In this document: in pieces, positions 1-9,716 of the stretch
Position numbering within the stretch: position 1 is the stretch's first letter
Layout: each line of letters begins with the position of its first letter
Assembly: GCA_041659065.1 (NCBI GenBank)
Contig: JBAZYY010000005.1
Location: forward strand, 974-64,973
DNA length: 64,000 nt
From: Parcubacteria group bacterium
GTDB taxonomy: Bacteria > Patescibacteriota > Minisyncoccia > Moranbacterales > UBA11712
Direction: 5' to 3'
Notes under the pieces: generated by a model
The model's database searches: none
What the model was told of the DNA's origin: nothing
What the model saw: the letters and a program-made list of their open reading frames with translations, nothing else
Translations under genes and position numbers: made by a program

Positions 1-2
1 AA

Positions 3-479
3 GAAGTAATTCCCGAGCTAAAGTCCCTTTCCAAAAGCGAAGATGAAAGTTTTCCTAAAATTTCTTACCACGAGGGTAAAAAAGGCTATCTCTATATCGC
101 CGAAGATTCGCTTAAAATTCATTCTGAGACTCTACATTTCATCGGCTCGCTGACAGAACTTGATAAAATTATTTCGGATAAATACGACTGGGAATATTAT
201 GTTCCGACCCGCATGAAAAGAAAGATAAAAATTAAAATGTTGATTTTTCAGGAAGACGCGGAAAAGATAAAAGAAAAACAACACACTGAAGAACTGCGAG
301 AATTTCGGATCCTGCCAAATGAATTCCGCTTTCTGCCGGTTAAATTAGTTTATCAGGACAAGGTCGCCATCTTTAGTTCGCAGAAAGAGAAAGTCTGCGT
401 GCTGATCGAAAGTAAAGAAATATCTAAAATGGAGCTGGCTTTATTCAATTTCATCTGGGAAAAAGCCGAAAAGATTTAA
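3..479 (+). CDS. TrmB-family transcriptional regulator, C-terminal portion (5' end lies outside window)
   Basis: The frame is open from window position 3 and in phase with ORF 213..479. The C-terminal region resembles the C-terminal halves of the four other TrmB-like paralogs in this window. No N-terminal HTH is visible because the gene is truncated by the window edge. Confidence 0.45.
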   Translation, partial: EVIPELKSLSKSEDESFPKISYHEGKKGYLYIAEDSLKIHSETLHFIGSLTELDKIISDKYDWEYYVPTRMKRKIKIKMLIFQEDAEKIKEKQHTEELREFRILPNEFRFLPVKLVYQDKVAIFSSQKEKVCVLIESKEISKMELALFNFIWEKAEKI

Positions 480-555
480 TTTTATTTTTCTATACAACGA
501 AACCGGGTTTTCTCTTGAAAAACCCGGTTTCTTATCCAATAACAATTTTATAAAT

Positions 556-1887
556 CTAGTAATCTTTCAACTTTTCGATCAGCCCGCTTTCACGAATTTT
601 ATCGAGGGCTTTAGCTTCAATCTGCCTGATTCTTTCGCGGGTGACGCCAAATTCGTGTCCCACCTCCTCAAGAGTATGCGTGACGCCGTCCTCAAGGCCA
701 AAACGAATCTTCAGTATTTTCTGTTCACGGGGGGTCAGATCTCTCAGCACTTCATCCACGTGGTCCATGAGAAGTTTTCTGGCCGCGGATTGATGCGGCA
801 TAACAGTTTCTGTATCTTCGATGAAATCACCCAGGATGCTGTCATCCTCACTGTCGCCCACCGGCGTTTCAATGGAAACCGTTTCCTGGGAAATCTTCAT
901 GATATGCCGAATTTTCTCGACCTCAATTCCCATCTCTGCCGCGATTTCCTCCGGCAATGGATCACGTCCCAGCTCCTGCACGAGGCGCCGCGTAGCTTGC
1001 GTATATTTATTGATAGTTTCCACCATATGCACTGGAATGCGGATCGTTCTGGACTGGTCCGCGAGCGCCCTTGTGATCGCTTGCCGGATCCACCAAGTGG
1101 CGTAAGTTGAAAATTTATAGCCTTTCCGATAATCGAATTTTTCAACCGCCCTGAACAGGCCTATATTTCCCTCTTGGATCAGGTCTAAAAGAGACAGGTT
1201 CGTGCTGCGCCCCACGTATTTTTTAGCAATGCTGACCACCAGGCGCAAATTCGCCTCCGTAAGTTTTTGTTTAGCAGCCAAGTCTCCTTTTTCGTTTCGC
1301 TTGGCAAGCGTTACTTCTTCTTCAGCTTTAAGCAGAGGCACGCGTCCGATTTCCCGGAGATACATTTGGACCGAATCCGAGGATACATCCCCAAGATCAA
1401 GCGGCACATCAATTTGATCCAACTTTCTCTCTGACTGATTGTCCGCTTCTCGATCAATTTCGCCTTTCATCACCTCGTCTGAGCTGATGATCTTAACCCC
1501 GGCCGAATCCAACTGCTCATACAGCGTCTCAAGCCCGCTCAAATCTTTTTCTACCTCGGGAATGACATGCAATATTTCATCTTCCGTGATGAAGCCCCTT
1601 TGTTTTCCGATTTTAATAAGCTCTTCAATTCTTTCTTTGTTTTTATCTTGACCGGCTGAGGCTCCAGGAGCCGCTGATTTAGCCAATCCTTTTTTTCTCT
1701 TTCCGCGAGAAGCAGCTTGTTTTTTTGCCGCTGCGGCCTTTTTGCTTCCGGCTATTTTCCTGACTTTGGATGCTCCGGTTTTTTTTCCAGCCTTCTGCGA
1801 AGATGCCTTCTTAGGCGCCTTTTTTTTAACCACGGCTTTTTTCTTAACCGTCCCAGTCTTTTTCTTTTTTAAACTCTTTCTTGCCAT
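556..1887 (-). CDS. rpoD: RNA polymerase sigma factor RpoD (sigma-70), with a Lys/Ala-rich N-terminal extension
   Basis: Region 2 motifs [40 protein letters not shown] are present. The region 3/4 helix-turn-helix is near the C-terminus. The gene sits immediately upstream of dnaG, the classic macromolecular-synthesis operon arrangement. Confidence 0.9.
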   Translation of the reverse strand: MARKSLKKKKTGTVKKKAVVKKKAPKKASSQKAGKKTGASKVRKIAGSKKAAAAKKQAASRGKRKKGLAKSAAPGASAGQDKNKERIEELIKIGKQRGFITEDEILHVIPEVEKDLSGLETLYEQLDSAGVKIISSDEVMKGEIDREADNQSERKLDQIDVPLDLGDVSSDSVQMYLREIGRVPLLKAEEEVTLAKRNEKGDLAAKQKLTEANLRLVVSIAKKYVGRSTNLSLLDLIQEGNIGLFRAVEKFDYRKGYKFSTYATWWIRQAITRALADQSRTIRIPVHMVETINKYTQATRRLVQELGRDPLPEEIAAEMGIEVEKIRHIMKISQETVSIETPVGDSEDDSILGDFIEDTETVMPHQSAARKLLMDHVDEVLRDLTPREQKILKIRFGLEDGVTHTLEEVGHEFGVTRERIRQIEAKALDKIRESGLIEKLKDY

Positions 1888-1910
1888 ATGCTTATCCCTT
1901 TTTTATCATT

Positions 1911-3764
1911 TTAATCATTTATATACGAAACTAATTTTTGAAATTCGTCTATTAATATCCTTACTGCGGCTTTGTCGCCGCTTTTTTCGGCTAATCTGAT
2001 ATCCTCCGAAATTTCCGTAATTCTTCGCTTGATATTTTTTTGCTGGAGCCTCTCCAGGTATAATTTCAGTTCATTGCCAGGATCTGTTGGGCTGCTGTTT
2101 TTGATTGAGCTGTCTTCCCCGAATTGGACTTCGGCCTCAAAAGCCGCTTCATCGGAATATTTTCTAAGTTCGTAGTCGGAAATGGCACTGTTGATTTTCT
2201 CCCGGTCATAATCCTCGCCCAGCCTTTTCACTATTTCGACTATTTTCCTTTCTTTCGCGCCGTGAAAATCTTCAAGATTTACTTTTCCTAATTTGCGCTG
2301 GCAAGTTTTGGGAAAATTTACCAGAATCCCCACGATTCTTTTTTCAAGCGCTTCATCCTTGTCGTCTGGCGTTACGGTTGGTTTCTTTTCGATCGTGCTT
2401 TGTCTTTTTTCTTTTTCTTTTGCCTTTTTCAGCACATCGAAGAGTACTTCTTCGGAGGTACCCAGCTTTTGGGCCAGTTCATTTATCCAGTGCGACTGTT
2501 CAACGGGGCTGGCAATGTCTTTTACGACATTAAGCAGTTCACTGGCTATTTTTTTCTTTCCAGCCGGATCTTTCGCGTTGTGGCGTGAAAAGGCCTCCTG
2601 AAAAAAATAGTCAACGACATTTTTCGCCTCCTCGATTGCTTTCTTCCAAATCGCTTTGTCTTGCTTTATGGCCTCCGCGGCATCTTTTCCGGAAAGCAAC
2701 AATATTATTTTAACATTTAAATCGTTTTCTAGACAGGTTTTTATGCTTCTTCTGGCAGCCGCTTGGCCGGCCGCGTCCATATCGAAACTCATCTTTACGT
2801 TTTCCGAATAACGCTTGATGATTTTCACCTGATCTTGCGTGAGGGCAGTGCCGGATACGGCAATCACATTTGGAAAACCGGCTTGGTGGCTGGCTACCAC
2901 GTCGAGATTTCCCTCGACCAAGATTGACTCATCCGCTTTTTTAATTTCAGCTTTGGCGAAATTCAGTCCATAAAGGACTTTACCCTTATCATAAATTTCG
3001 GTTTGCGGAGTATTGATATATTTCGCGTTTTTTTCATCGCCTCCCGGAGCGACTCGCGCGCTGTAGCCGACAATTCGGCCGACTACATCAAAAATCGGGA
3101 ACATTATGCGGTCGCGAAACCGATCATAGGAATTAGATTTGAGCTTTGAGATTTGAGATTTGAGATTGTTGTTAGATATTGGGTATTGGATATTGGATAT
3201 TTCTTTCTCTACCAATAGCCCAGTCTTGTTAATTTCTTCGATCGTAAACCCTTTCTTTAATAAAAACTCAAGCAAATTTCGCCAGCCATCAGGCGCATAG
3301 CCCAAGCGAAATTTTTTTATGCTCTCGTCTTGGATCCCCCGGTCATGCAGATATTTTAGTACTTTTTCTTTCCCCTTTCCTTCCCAGAGATTTTTTTCAT
3401 ACCACTTCGTCGCGAGCTCCAGAATTCCATATAGTTTAGGCTTAATATTCTCTTTTTCAACGCCTCGCTCGCCTTTTTCAAATTTTGTGAGTTTTACTCC
3501 CGCTTTTTGAGCCAGCTGCTCAAGCGCCTCCCTGAATCCTATTCCTTCCATCTCCATGACAAATGAAAGCGCGTCTCCGCCTTTCCCGCAACCAAAGCAA
3601 TGCCAGATTCCTTTTTCTTCGCTGACCATGAACGAAGGCGATTTTTCATTATGAAAAGGGCAGAGCGCCCTGTGATTGCTCCCTGCTCTTGTGAGCCGGA
3701 TATATTCCCCTATAAGATCAGCTATATTAATCCGGCTTTTTACTTCTTCAACATCCGAATTCAT
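1911..3764 (-). CDS. dnaG: DNA primase DnaG
   Basis: A CHC2 zinc finger (CPFHNEKSPSFMVSEEKGIWHCFGCGKGGD) and a TOPRIM core (VEGNLDVVASHQAGFPN) are present. The gene contains an in-frame heptamer-repeat insertion at 3135-3201. Confidence 0.9.
   Translation of the reverse strand: MNSDVEEVKSRINIADLIGEYIRLTRAGSNHRALCPFHNEKSPSFMVSEEKGIWHCFGCGKGGDALSFVMEMEGIGFREALEQLAQKAGVKLTKFEKGERGVEKENIKPKLYGILELATKWYEKNLWEGKGKEKVLKYLHDRGIQDESIKKFRLGYAPDGWRNLLEFLLKKGFTIEEINKTGLLVEKEISNIQYPISNNNLKSQISKLKSNSYDRFRDRIMFPIFDVVGRIVGYSARVAPGGDEKNAKYINTPQTEIYDKGKVLYGLNFAKAEIKKADESILVEGNLDVVASHQAGFPNVIAVSGTALTQDQVKIIKRYSENVKMSFDMDAAGQAAARRSIKTCLENDLNVKIILLLSGKDAAEAIKQDKAIWKKAIEEAKNVVDYFFQEAFSRHNAKDPAGKKKIASELLNVVKDIASPVEQSHWINELAQKLGTSEEVLFDVLKKAKEKEKRQSTIEKKPTVTPDDKDEALEKRIVGILVNFPKTCQRKLGKVNLEDFHGAKERKIVEIVKRLGEDYDREKINSAISDYELRKYSDEAAFEAEVQFGEDSSIKNSSPTDPGNELKLYLERLQQKNIKRRITEISEDIRLAEKSGDKAAVRILIDEFQKLVSYIND
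3135..3201. repeat. Degenerate heptamer tandem repeats (GATTTGA / TTGGATA units) inside dnaG, in frame
   Basis: The tract reads gatttgagctttgagatttgagatttgagatt ... gatattgggtattggatattggatatt. It encodes an extra SNIQYPISNNNLKSQISKLKSNS loop relative to E. coli DnaG. Confidence 0.7.
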
Positions 3765-3832
3765 CTAAAAAGCCAAACGCATAATTTTACCTTTAAAATG
3801 GAAAATTTATGCGGCCTGTATAATAATTTACG

Positions 3833-4111
3833 CTATATAACGACACAAGCTTTCGCCACGATTCCGTACAGCTTATTAAGCTTCTTGGTTATGGCGCTGA
3901 TTTCCCCGGCCGTTGCCTCAACTGCGACCGTGATCATGGCCGTACAGCTTTCATTGCAGTGCCTTTGGACGTTTACGCCAAGCCTGGCCATTATCAAATG
4001 GCCGCTGTCCGTGAGAATTTGATTCACCTCCGGGGCATGCATCTGCCGATCTTTGACAAGAATCGTAATTGTGGCTAAATGAAGTTTTGTTTTTTTGGTT
4101 TTATTCGGCAT
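3833..4111 (-). CDS. Small ACT/NikR-C-like domain protein resembling the TM1266 'iron-only hydrogenase system regulator' family
   Basis: The 92-aa product has the pattern ITILVKDR...VNQILTDSGHLIMARLGV...ITVAVEATAGEISAITKKL. This matches the conserved layout of the TIGR03959-type small regulators. Confidence 0.45.
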   Translation of the reverse strand: MPNKTKKTKLHLATITILVKDRQMHAPEVNQILTDSGHLIMARLGVNVQRHCNESCTAMITVAVEATAGEISAITKKLNKLYGIVAKACVVI

Positions 4112-4176
4112 AGATATCGCTTACTCCTCTCCAATACTCTAGCGGAAATATTGAATTTTGTATAGCTTTCTGCCTA

Positions 4177-4557
4177 TTAGCTTTTCCAGAGTCCGTGGAT
4201 GTTGCAGTATTCCCTTGCGCTGACATTTTCGGCCTGAGTCGGGAATTCGGCTTCTGGAACGTCTCCCGGTTTGAGAAATTTTCGGCAATTCCTGCCACCG
4301 GGCACTATGAGTTCAATCCATTCTATATAATGCGTTTCTTCCATTGGGTGGGGAATTGATCCAATCTTAACTTTGTAACCAGTCTCTGTTTTTTCAATAA
4401 TGGGTACATGCTTTTCCGTGAGCCCTTCTTCCTCATGTTTTTCCGTTAAAAGTTCCATTGGTTCCTCACAACAGACAAGATCCCCCTTTCCGCTGTGTAG
4501 GATTTCAACGATATTGCCGCATTTATTGCACTTGTAGATTTGATTTAGCTCAGCCAT
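4177..4557 (-). CDS. dfx: Desulfoferrodoxin / superoxide reductase
   Basis: An N-terminal desulforedoxin Cys cluster (CNKCGN...CCEEP) is followed by a C-terminal neelaredoxin domain with EKHVP and HPMEE..H..IEWIE ligand motifs. Confidence 0.85.
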   Translation of the reverse strand: MAELNQIYKCNKCGNIVEILHSGKGDLVCCEEPMELLTEKHEEEGLTEKHVPIIEKTETGYKVKIGSIPHPMEETHYIEWIELIVPGGRNCRKFLKPGDVPEAEFPTQAENVSAREYCNIHGLWKS

Positions 4558-4685
4558 GATAATTTGATTTAAGAATTATGAATTAAGAATCAAAATATTT
4601 TATATTTTTATTCTCGTGTTCCAAAAAATATAGTGTACATATTATGTGTTACGTGTTCTATGCTCTATGCTCCATGTTATGTGAT

Positions 4686-5270
4686 TCAGAATTCCTCGCA
4701 TTTTACCTGATAAAAAGCTTGCGGATGGTCGCAGGACGGGCATTTTTCCGGCGCTTCAGTCCCGAAGTGCTGATAGCCGCATTCTCGGCAGATCCACCAG
4801 ATCTCCTGATCTTTCTTGAAAACCGTTCCGGATTCAATTTCTTTCAGGAGCTTAATGTATCTTTCTTCGTGATGCTCCTCTGCTTTCGCGATTGAACGTA
4901 ATCTCTGGGCAATTCCCGAAAGGCCCTCCTTTTCGGCCACTTCTGCAAATTCAGGATACATGGAAGTATGTTCCCAGTTTTCCCCCGCGATAGCCGCTTT
5001 TAGGTTTTCGATCGTCGTGCCGTAAACCGTCGGCGCAGCGGCTTCAACTTTGATTTCACTTAAATCATCCCCGCTGTCTTTTTTAAGTTCTTGAATATGC
5101 TCGAAAAGCCGCTTGGCATGTTCCTTTTCCTGGTTGGCTGTTTCTTCAAAAATTCCTCCGATTTGTTCATAACCTTCGTTCCGAGCCACTTTGGCATAAT
5201 ATGTATAACGGTTTCTCGCCTGTGATTCCCCGATAAAGGCTTTGGCAAGGTTTTTAATTGTCTCCTGCAT
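4686..5270 (-). CDS. rbr: Rubrerythrin with C-terminal rubredoxin-like domain
   Basis: A ferritin-like diiron domain with E..H repeats is followed by a C-terminal CRECGY...CPSC rubredoxin-type tetracysteine. Confidence 0.85.
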   Translation of the reverse strand: MQETIKNLAKAFIGESQARNRYTYYAKVARNEGYEQIGGIFEETANQEKEHAKRLFEHIQELKKDSGDDLSEIKVEAAAPTVYGTTIENLKAAIAGENWEHTSMYPEFAEVAEKEGLSGIAQRLRSIAKAEEHHEERYIKLLKEIESGTVFKKDQEIWWICRECGYQHFGTEAPEKCPSCDHPQAFYQVKCEEF

Positions 5271-5349
5271 GGATTTGTTTTAATTATTAGCTGCTTAAAC
5301 TATTACGTCGTCAACTGGAATGTTTTTCCAACATTCTTAGTTAAAGTTA

Positions 5350-6195
5350 CTATTTGGCCTCGCCGCCTTTTTTCTTTTGTAAATTCTCCTTAATCGTTTC
5401 TTCCGGCAGTTCATTGGCACAAATAACCATATTTTTTCCTCTTTTTTTTGCCTCATAGTTAGCTGCATCTGCTTGCGCTACCGCTTCTTCAAATTCTTTG
5501 CCCACATTATCCTCATCAATTTCTGGCCCGACTTGGTATACAAAATAGCCCATGCTTAAAGAAGTGATCCGTTCCCCATATTTTTTTATCATAGCCTTTT
5601 CAACCGCTTCTCTTATTTTTTCGGATACTGCTGAGGCGTTTTCCTTTATGAGCCCCGGCAGAACAATAACGAACTCGTCGCCGCCCCATCGGCAAACGAT
5701 ATCTGTTTCTCTGATATTTTGCCTGATTATATCGGCGACTTCTCTTAGGATTTGGTCTCCAAACGCGTGGCCTCCATGTTCGTCATTCACCGTTTTAAAA
5801 TAATCAAGGTCGCAGAATACAAACGTGACATTGATAGGCCCTTCCTTTTTCTGCCTTCTATCCCCCCTTTTTTCTATATGCGACAGCCGCATTAAGATAT
5901 TTTGCATCCTAGGAATAAACACGCTCCTGGAAAAGGTGTCAGTTAGTTGGTCCTTCTCCAATTCTTCAATTCTCACGTCCTGGCTTACGAGCGCCTCCAT
6001 AAATATTAGATCGGAATCTGGCAAAGTACTCTCTTTTGATTCAGCTTGAGCCTCTTTATGCTCCCTTTCTGCCCGCATGGTTCCAAGCGCTTCCGTCCTC
6101 AGCTTTTTTTCCACGTCTCCTTCCCCAGCTATCCCCTTTGCAATTTTTGCTATTTCCATATTCTTTAAATATTTACATAAAAAAATATATTTCAA
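5350..6195 (-). CDS. GGDEF-domain diguanylate cyclase (N-terminal coiled-coil region)
   Basis: The active site RWGGDEFVIVLPG is intact. An RETD I-site lies just upstream and the conserved FKTVNDEHGH block is present. The true start may be the internal Met (MEIAKIAKG, about 6159). Confidence 0.75.
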   Translation of the reverse strand: MKYIFLCKYLKNMEIAKIAKGIAGEGDVEKKLRTEALGTMRAEREHKEAQAESKESTLPDSDLIFMEALVSQDVRIEELEKDQLTDTFSRSVFIPRMQNILMRLSHIEKRGDRRQKKEGPINVTFVFCDLDYFKTVNDEHGGHAFGDQILREVADIIRQNIRETDIVCRWGGDEFVIVLPGLIKENASAVSEKIREAVEKAMIKKYGERITSLSMGYFVYQVGPEIDEDNVGKEFEEAVAQADAANYEAKKRGKNMVICANELPEETIKENLQKKKGGEAK

Positions 6196-6222
6196 GATAC
6201 GCGCATCCTAGCCGAACTTCCC

Positions 6223-7875
6223 CTACTGAATCTTCAACACGGTGAAATCTGTTCCCAGCCCCGGCTGGTAATCAACAGTTTGGATTTGGCTGCTTGGAAA
6301 ATTCTCTTGAATATTGTCTATTACCCCTTGATCGAATCTCATGATAACCAATTGGGATGGAGCGATAAGCGTGGTTGGACTAAAGTCCGGCTCCAGGAAT
6401 TTAATGTTCCCGGCCTTTTGATACGTGAAAAGCTTTATCACCTCCGCTGAAGTCTGAAGGCCGTCCTCCATCTGGATTCCCGGCCCGTTGTCTACCACAT
6501 ATTTCGGCATGGCCACGGGCAGCTGATTCAAGTAATTCGAGACATTCATATAATTTTGATCAAATGCTCCGTGGACATCCTTGCTACCGCCCCAATCAAT
6601 AAAGTATTGTTTCACGGACCAGATCCCACTTCCTACTATTGCGATGATCAAGAGCCCCACGATACTTGCTTTGTATTTTTTCAGCTTCGGTGATTCCGCC
6701 CATTTCCAGGCGCCTTCAATCGCGAAAACGGCAAGCAGTACGGCAACCGGCATCGTACCGATGCTTCGCAGGGCATGCGGAAGTCCCTCCGCGCTAATGG
6801 CCTCCGGCAGAAGCATCGCGAAAAACCAGGACAAGAGAAGGGAGACAAGAATCAAGCGTTCGCTTCTTTCCCCTGGGCGGACCCTCCGCCAAACGAGATA
6901 GAAAAATTCATAGATGAAATAGAAAAATCCTGTCAGAAAAAATATTCCAATAATAGGAAAAAGCTCCGGCCACGGCGGGAGATTGTGCCTCCAATTTTGG
7001 TCGCCCCAAAACGTGTACTGGGCGAGAGAAAGGCCGAAAGTTTTTCCAAGTGTCAGGAAAAGGTGGCCTTGATTTACTTCGGGATTGAAAACCGAAACCT
7101 GACTCGTCCGTCCGCTGAAATGATCGGGATGAATATAAAAATCAACCAGCATCGGGATTGCGACTAAGACCGCCGCCGCCAAAAAAGCTGCAATTTCCTT
7201 CCAATGCGTCGCCAGAAATCTTTTGCGGCTCACAATAAACGCAAGTAAGAGGACAACTAGAATTAAAGGCGCGATGCGAAAAGCAATGTATGTATGCACG
7301 CCCAGTCCGAAAAAGACTCCCGCTAAAATATAATCAACAATTTTCTTTTTTTGAATGCCGCGGATGAGAAAGAATACCGCAAAGACTAGAATAAACGGCA
7401 GCATGATTGCCCGAAAAGAAATACGGCTGAAATTAATTGCCCAAAAAGTCGTCGCGGTGATAAATCCGGCGATTATGCCTGCCCTACGGCTAGCAAACAA
7501 TTCTTCCCCTAAGAGAACCATGCCCAAGACCGTTAGTGTCCCGAAAAGAATTGACCATATCTTGAGAGTGACGACACTAACGCCAAAAAATTGGAAACCG
7601 AGAGCGATTAAGTTCATGAAAAGCCCCTCGCGGCCGTTATTGTTTTCGTAAAAAACTTTCCAGTTATGGCTGGCATTCGCCGTAATTGCGTCCACGCCAT
7701 TTACGGCTTCATCGGGATATACGCCCGGCGGCAAAGAGTTGATGTGATACGACCGCACAAATAAAGCCAGTAAAACCACCAACGCAAAGAGAATAAAATA
7801 TGTTTTGCGGCTGATATCTTTCCTTTCTTTCTTCGCCCTTCGAAGCTTTAGCGAAGGAGGGTTTGTTTTTTTCAT
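6223..7875 (-). CDS. Polytopic membrane glycosyltransferase, GT39/GT83 (PMT/ArnT-like) family
   Basis: The 550-aa product has at least 10 predicted TM helices. Its N-terminal region has the typical ArnT/PMT topology, and the first loop carries a YPDEAVNG-type motif. No finer assignment is possible. Confidence 0.55.
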   Translation of the reverse strand: MKKTNPPSLKLRRAKKERKDISRKTYFILFALVVLLALFVRSYHINSLPPGVYPDEAVNGVDAITANASHNWKVFYENNNGREGLFMNLIALGFQFFGVSVVTLKIWSILFGTLTVLGMVLLGEELFASRRAGIIAGFITATTFWAINFSRISFRAIMLPFILVFAVFFLIRGIQKKKIVDYILAGVFFGLGVHTYIAFRIAPLILVVLLLAFIVSRKRFLATHWKEIAAFLAAAVLVAIPMLVDFYIHPDHFSGRTSQVSVFNPEVNQGHLFLTLGKTFGLSLAQYTFWGDQNWRHNLPPWPELFPIIGIFFLTGFFYFIYEFFYLVWRRVRPGERSERLILVSLLLSWFFAMLLPEAISAEGLPHALRSIGTMPVAVLLAVFAIEGAWKWAESPKLKKYKASIVGLLIIAIVGSGIWSVKQYFIDWGGSKDVHGAFDQNYMNVSNYLNQLPVAMPKYVVDNGPGIQMEDGLQTSAEVIKLFTYQKAGNIKFLEPDFSPTTLIAPSQLVIMRFDQGVIDNIQENFPSSQIQTVDYQPGLGTDFTVLKIQ

Positions 7876-8079
7876 TGAATTTTGTTTTGTTATTTAACGC
7901 TGTCTATTATTATAGTACAAAAGAGAGCTTTTCGAAAAAGCCCTCTTGGTTTCGGATGATTTAATCTCATCAAAATGAGTGCTACTGATTTAAATCCGTA
8001 TTACATCCTTAATTTTTGCATTTTGAATTTGTATATATCCATGTCTTAATTTTTTCTTCGCCAACAAATTCTCCCGAGA

Positions 8080-8547
8080 TTATTCATCCTTTGGAATCAA
8101 TCCAATTCTTTGCATAAATTCTTTTCCCCCGGGAATTTGCTTGACGTTCGGCAGTTCCTCTAAATTGAACCAATGAAATTCTACTAGATCGTCATTGAGA
8201 TTCACCTCGATCTCGCTTGCCAGCTTATCCTTGATATCAACCCTAAATATATTAAATTCCATTTTGCACAAAACATTCTCGCCCGAGGCTAAAGTTTTTT
8301 CAGCGATACCGCTGCCTTTTTCCGGAATTAAAATAGCTTTATAGAAAGAGATATCGATACCAACTTCTTCTTTTATTTCTCTTCGCAGAGCTTGTTCCAA
8401 TGTCTCTCCTTCATCAGTTCCCCCACCTGGGATATGCCAACAATCAGGATAAACACCGCCCTTGCCAGGATCTTTTTTGCCCATAAGAAGTTTCCCGTCT
8501 TTCGAAAAAATCAAAGCTGAAACTATTGTTCTTTGGATTTCTCTCAT
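8080..8547 (-). CDS. NUDIX hydrolase
   Basis: The NUDIX box GGGTDEGETLEQALRREIKEEVGI fits the GX5EX7REUXEEXGU pattern. Confidence 0.8.
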   Translation of the reverse strand: MREIQRTIVSALIFSKDGKLLMGKKDPGKGGVYPDCWHIPGGGTDEGETLEQALRREIKEEVGIDISFYKAILIPEKGSGIAEKTLASGENVLCKMEFNIFRVDIKDKLASEIEVNLNDDLVEFHWFNLEELPNVKQIPGGKEFMQRIGLIPKDE

Positions 8548-8632
8548 GCAAATATTCCTGTGATTTATATTAATTAGTTCTTTTATGGCAGCTTTATGAA
8601 CTCATGTGATTTTTACTCTCATCAAAAAAAGG

Positions 8633-9082
8633 TCAAATCCTCTTCGAAAACTGTACGATAATATCCGTTTCTTTATAGCCCATTTTTTTGTGGAACGCTC
8701 GGCTGGTTTTATTTTGCGGCTTGGTATCCGATCCCATTTCTTTGCAGCCTTTTTCCTTCGCCCACTTTTCGGCCATTTTGATTAATTCCTTTGCAACTCC
8801 CATTTTACGATAGGTATATTTCACAAAAATTCCTTCGATGTATCCGATTGATCTGGCAATTGAACCAACTTCATAATCATTTCTAACGGATACTTCCACA
8901 AAACCGGCATATTCGTCTTTTGGATCAACACAAATAAATACTTCTTGCCTTTTTGAAGAAAAGATGTTTTTCATCTCTGTCTTTAATTCTTTTTCGGTGT
9001 TCTTCGGCCAGAGAGTTTTCCTCATCCTAAGCCATTCTCCAAAATCTTCTTTCTCGATTTTGCGATACTTTATATTTTTCAT
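8633..9082 (-). CDS. GNAT family N-acetyltransferase
   Basis: An acetyl-CoA binding motif IFVKYTYRKMGVAKELIKMAEKWAKEKG is present (the Q/RxxGxG/A-like segment). Confidence 0.7.
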   Translation of the reverse strand: MKNIKYRKIEKEDFGEWLRMRKTLWPKNTEKELKTEMKNIFSSKRQEVFICVDPKDEYAGFVEVSVRNDYEVGSIARSIGYIEGIFVKYTYRKMGVAKELIKMAEKWAKEKGCKEMGSDTKPQNKTSRAFHKKMGYKETDIIVQFSKRI

Positions 9083-9097
9083 ATATCTAGCTAATTA

Positions 9098-9685
9098 TCA
9101 CATTCCTAATTTATCACTAATCCCCTGCAGCGCCATGAGCCCAATTTCGAGAAATTGCTCGAGGGGAATTCCGACAAGCTCGCATTCACGGACAAGTCCC
9201 CGGTCACATTTGGCAGCGAAAGATTTGTCTTTGAATTTTTTCTTTAAAGATTTCAATTTAACGCTGGCAAGTTTTTTGTCAGGCTGGACCAACGCTGACG
9301 CAATAATAATTCCAGTGAGAGTTTCAGCCGCCACGAGGCAATGCTGGATCTTGGTTTCACGTTCTTTTTCTAGAAGATCAGGAATCATTTCATTTCCATA
9401 GCCATGTGATTGGATTGTTTCAATCAAATAATCACTCGCGCCAGCCTTTTGCAATATTTCCTCCGCCATAACGCAATGCTGGCTCTGATTTTCTTTGGTC
9501 AGATCCCAATCAATATCATGCAGTAGCCCAAGGATGCCCCATTCTTCTTCATCCTCTCCTAAATGCTTCGCCACTGCGCGCATAATCACCTCCGATTCCA
9601 GAAGATGCAACTTCGTTACCGGATCCTTGATATGCTCCTCAACCAATTTATCCGCCTGTTCTTTTGTAATTCCAAGTTTATCCAT
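9098..9685 (-). CDS. HD-domain phosphohydrolase
   Basis: The metal-binding residues H...HD (GLLHDIDW) are present in a protein of typical HD-superfamily size. Confidence 0.6.
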   Translation of the reverse strand: MDKLGITKEQADKLVEEHIKDPVTKLHLLESEVIMRAVAKHLGEDEEEWGILGLLHDIDWDLTKENQSQHCVMAEEILQKAGASDYLIETIQSHGYGNEMIPDLLEKERETKIQHCLVAAETLTGIIIASALVQPDKKLASVKLKSLKKKFKDKSFAAKCDRGLVRECELVGIPLEQFLEIGLMALQGISDKLGM

Positions 9686-9716
9686 TTTAAAAATATTATA
9701 TTCTTAAGGTTTCTCC

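Noticed and set aside
655-1651. Multiple + strand ORFs (655..1110, 821..1105, 1202..1417, 1439..1651) nested inside rpoD, and similar antisense ORFs inside dnaG, ppsA, pyk, polA and pilB
   Set aside because: They lie fully within strongly supported genes on the opposite strand, have no ribosome-binding sites, and have biased low-complexity translations. They are typical antisense artefacts.
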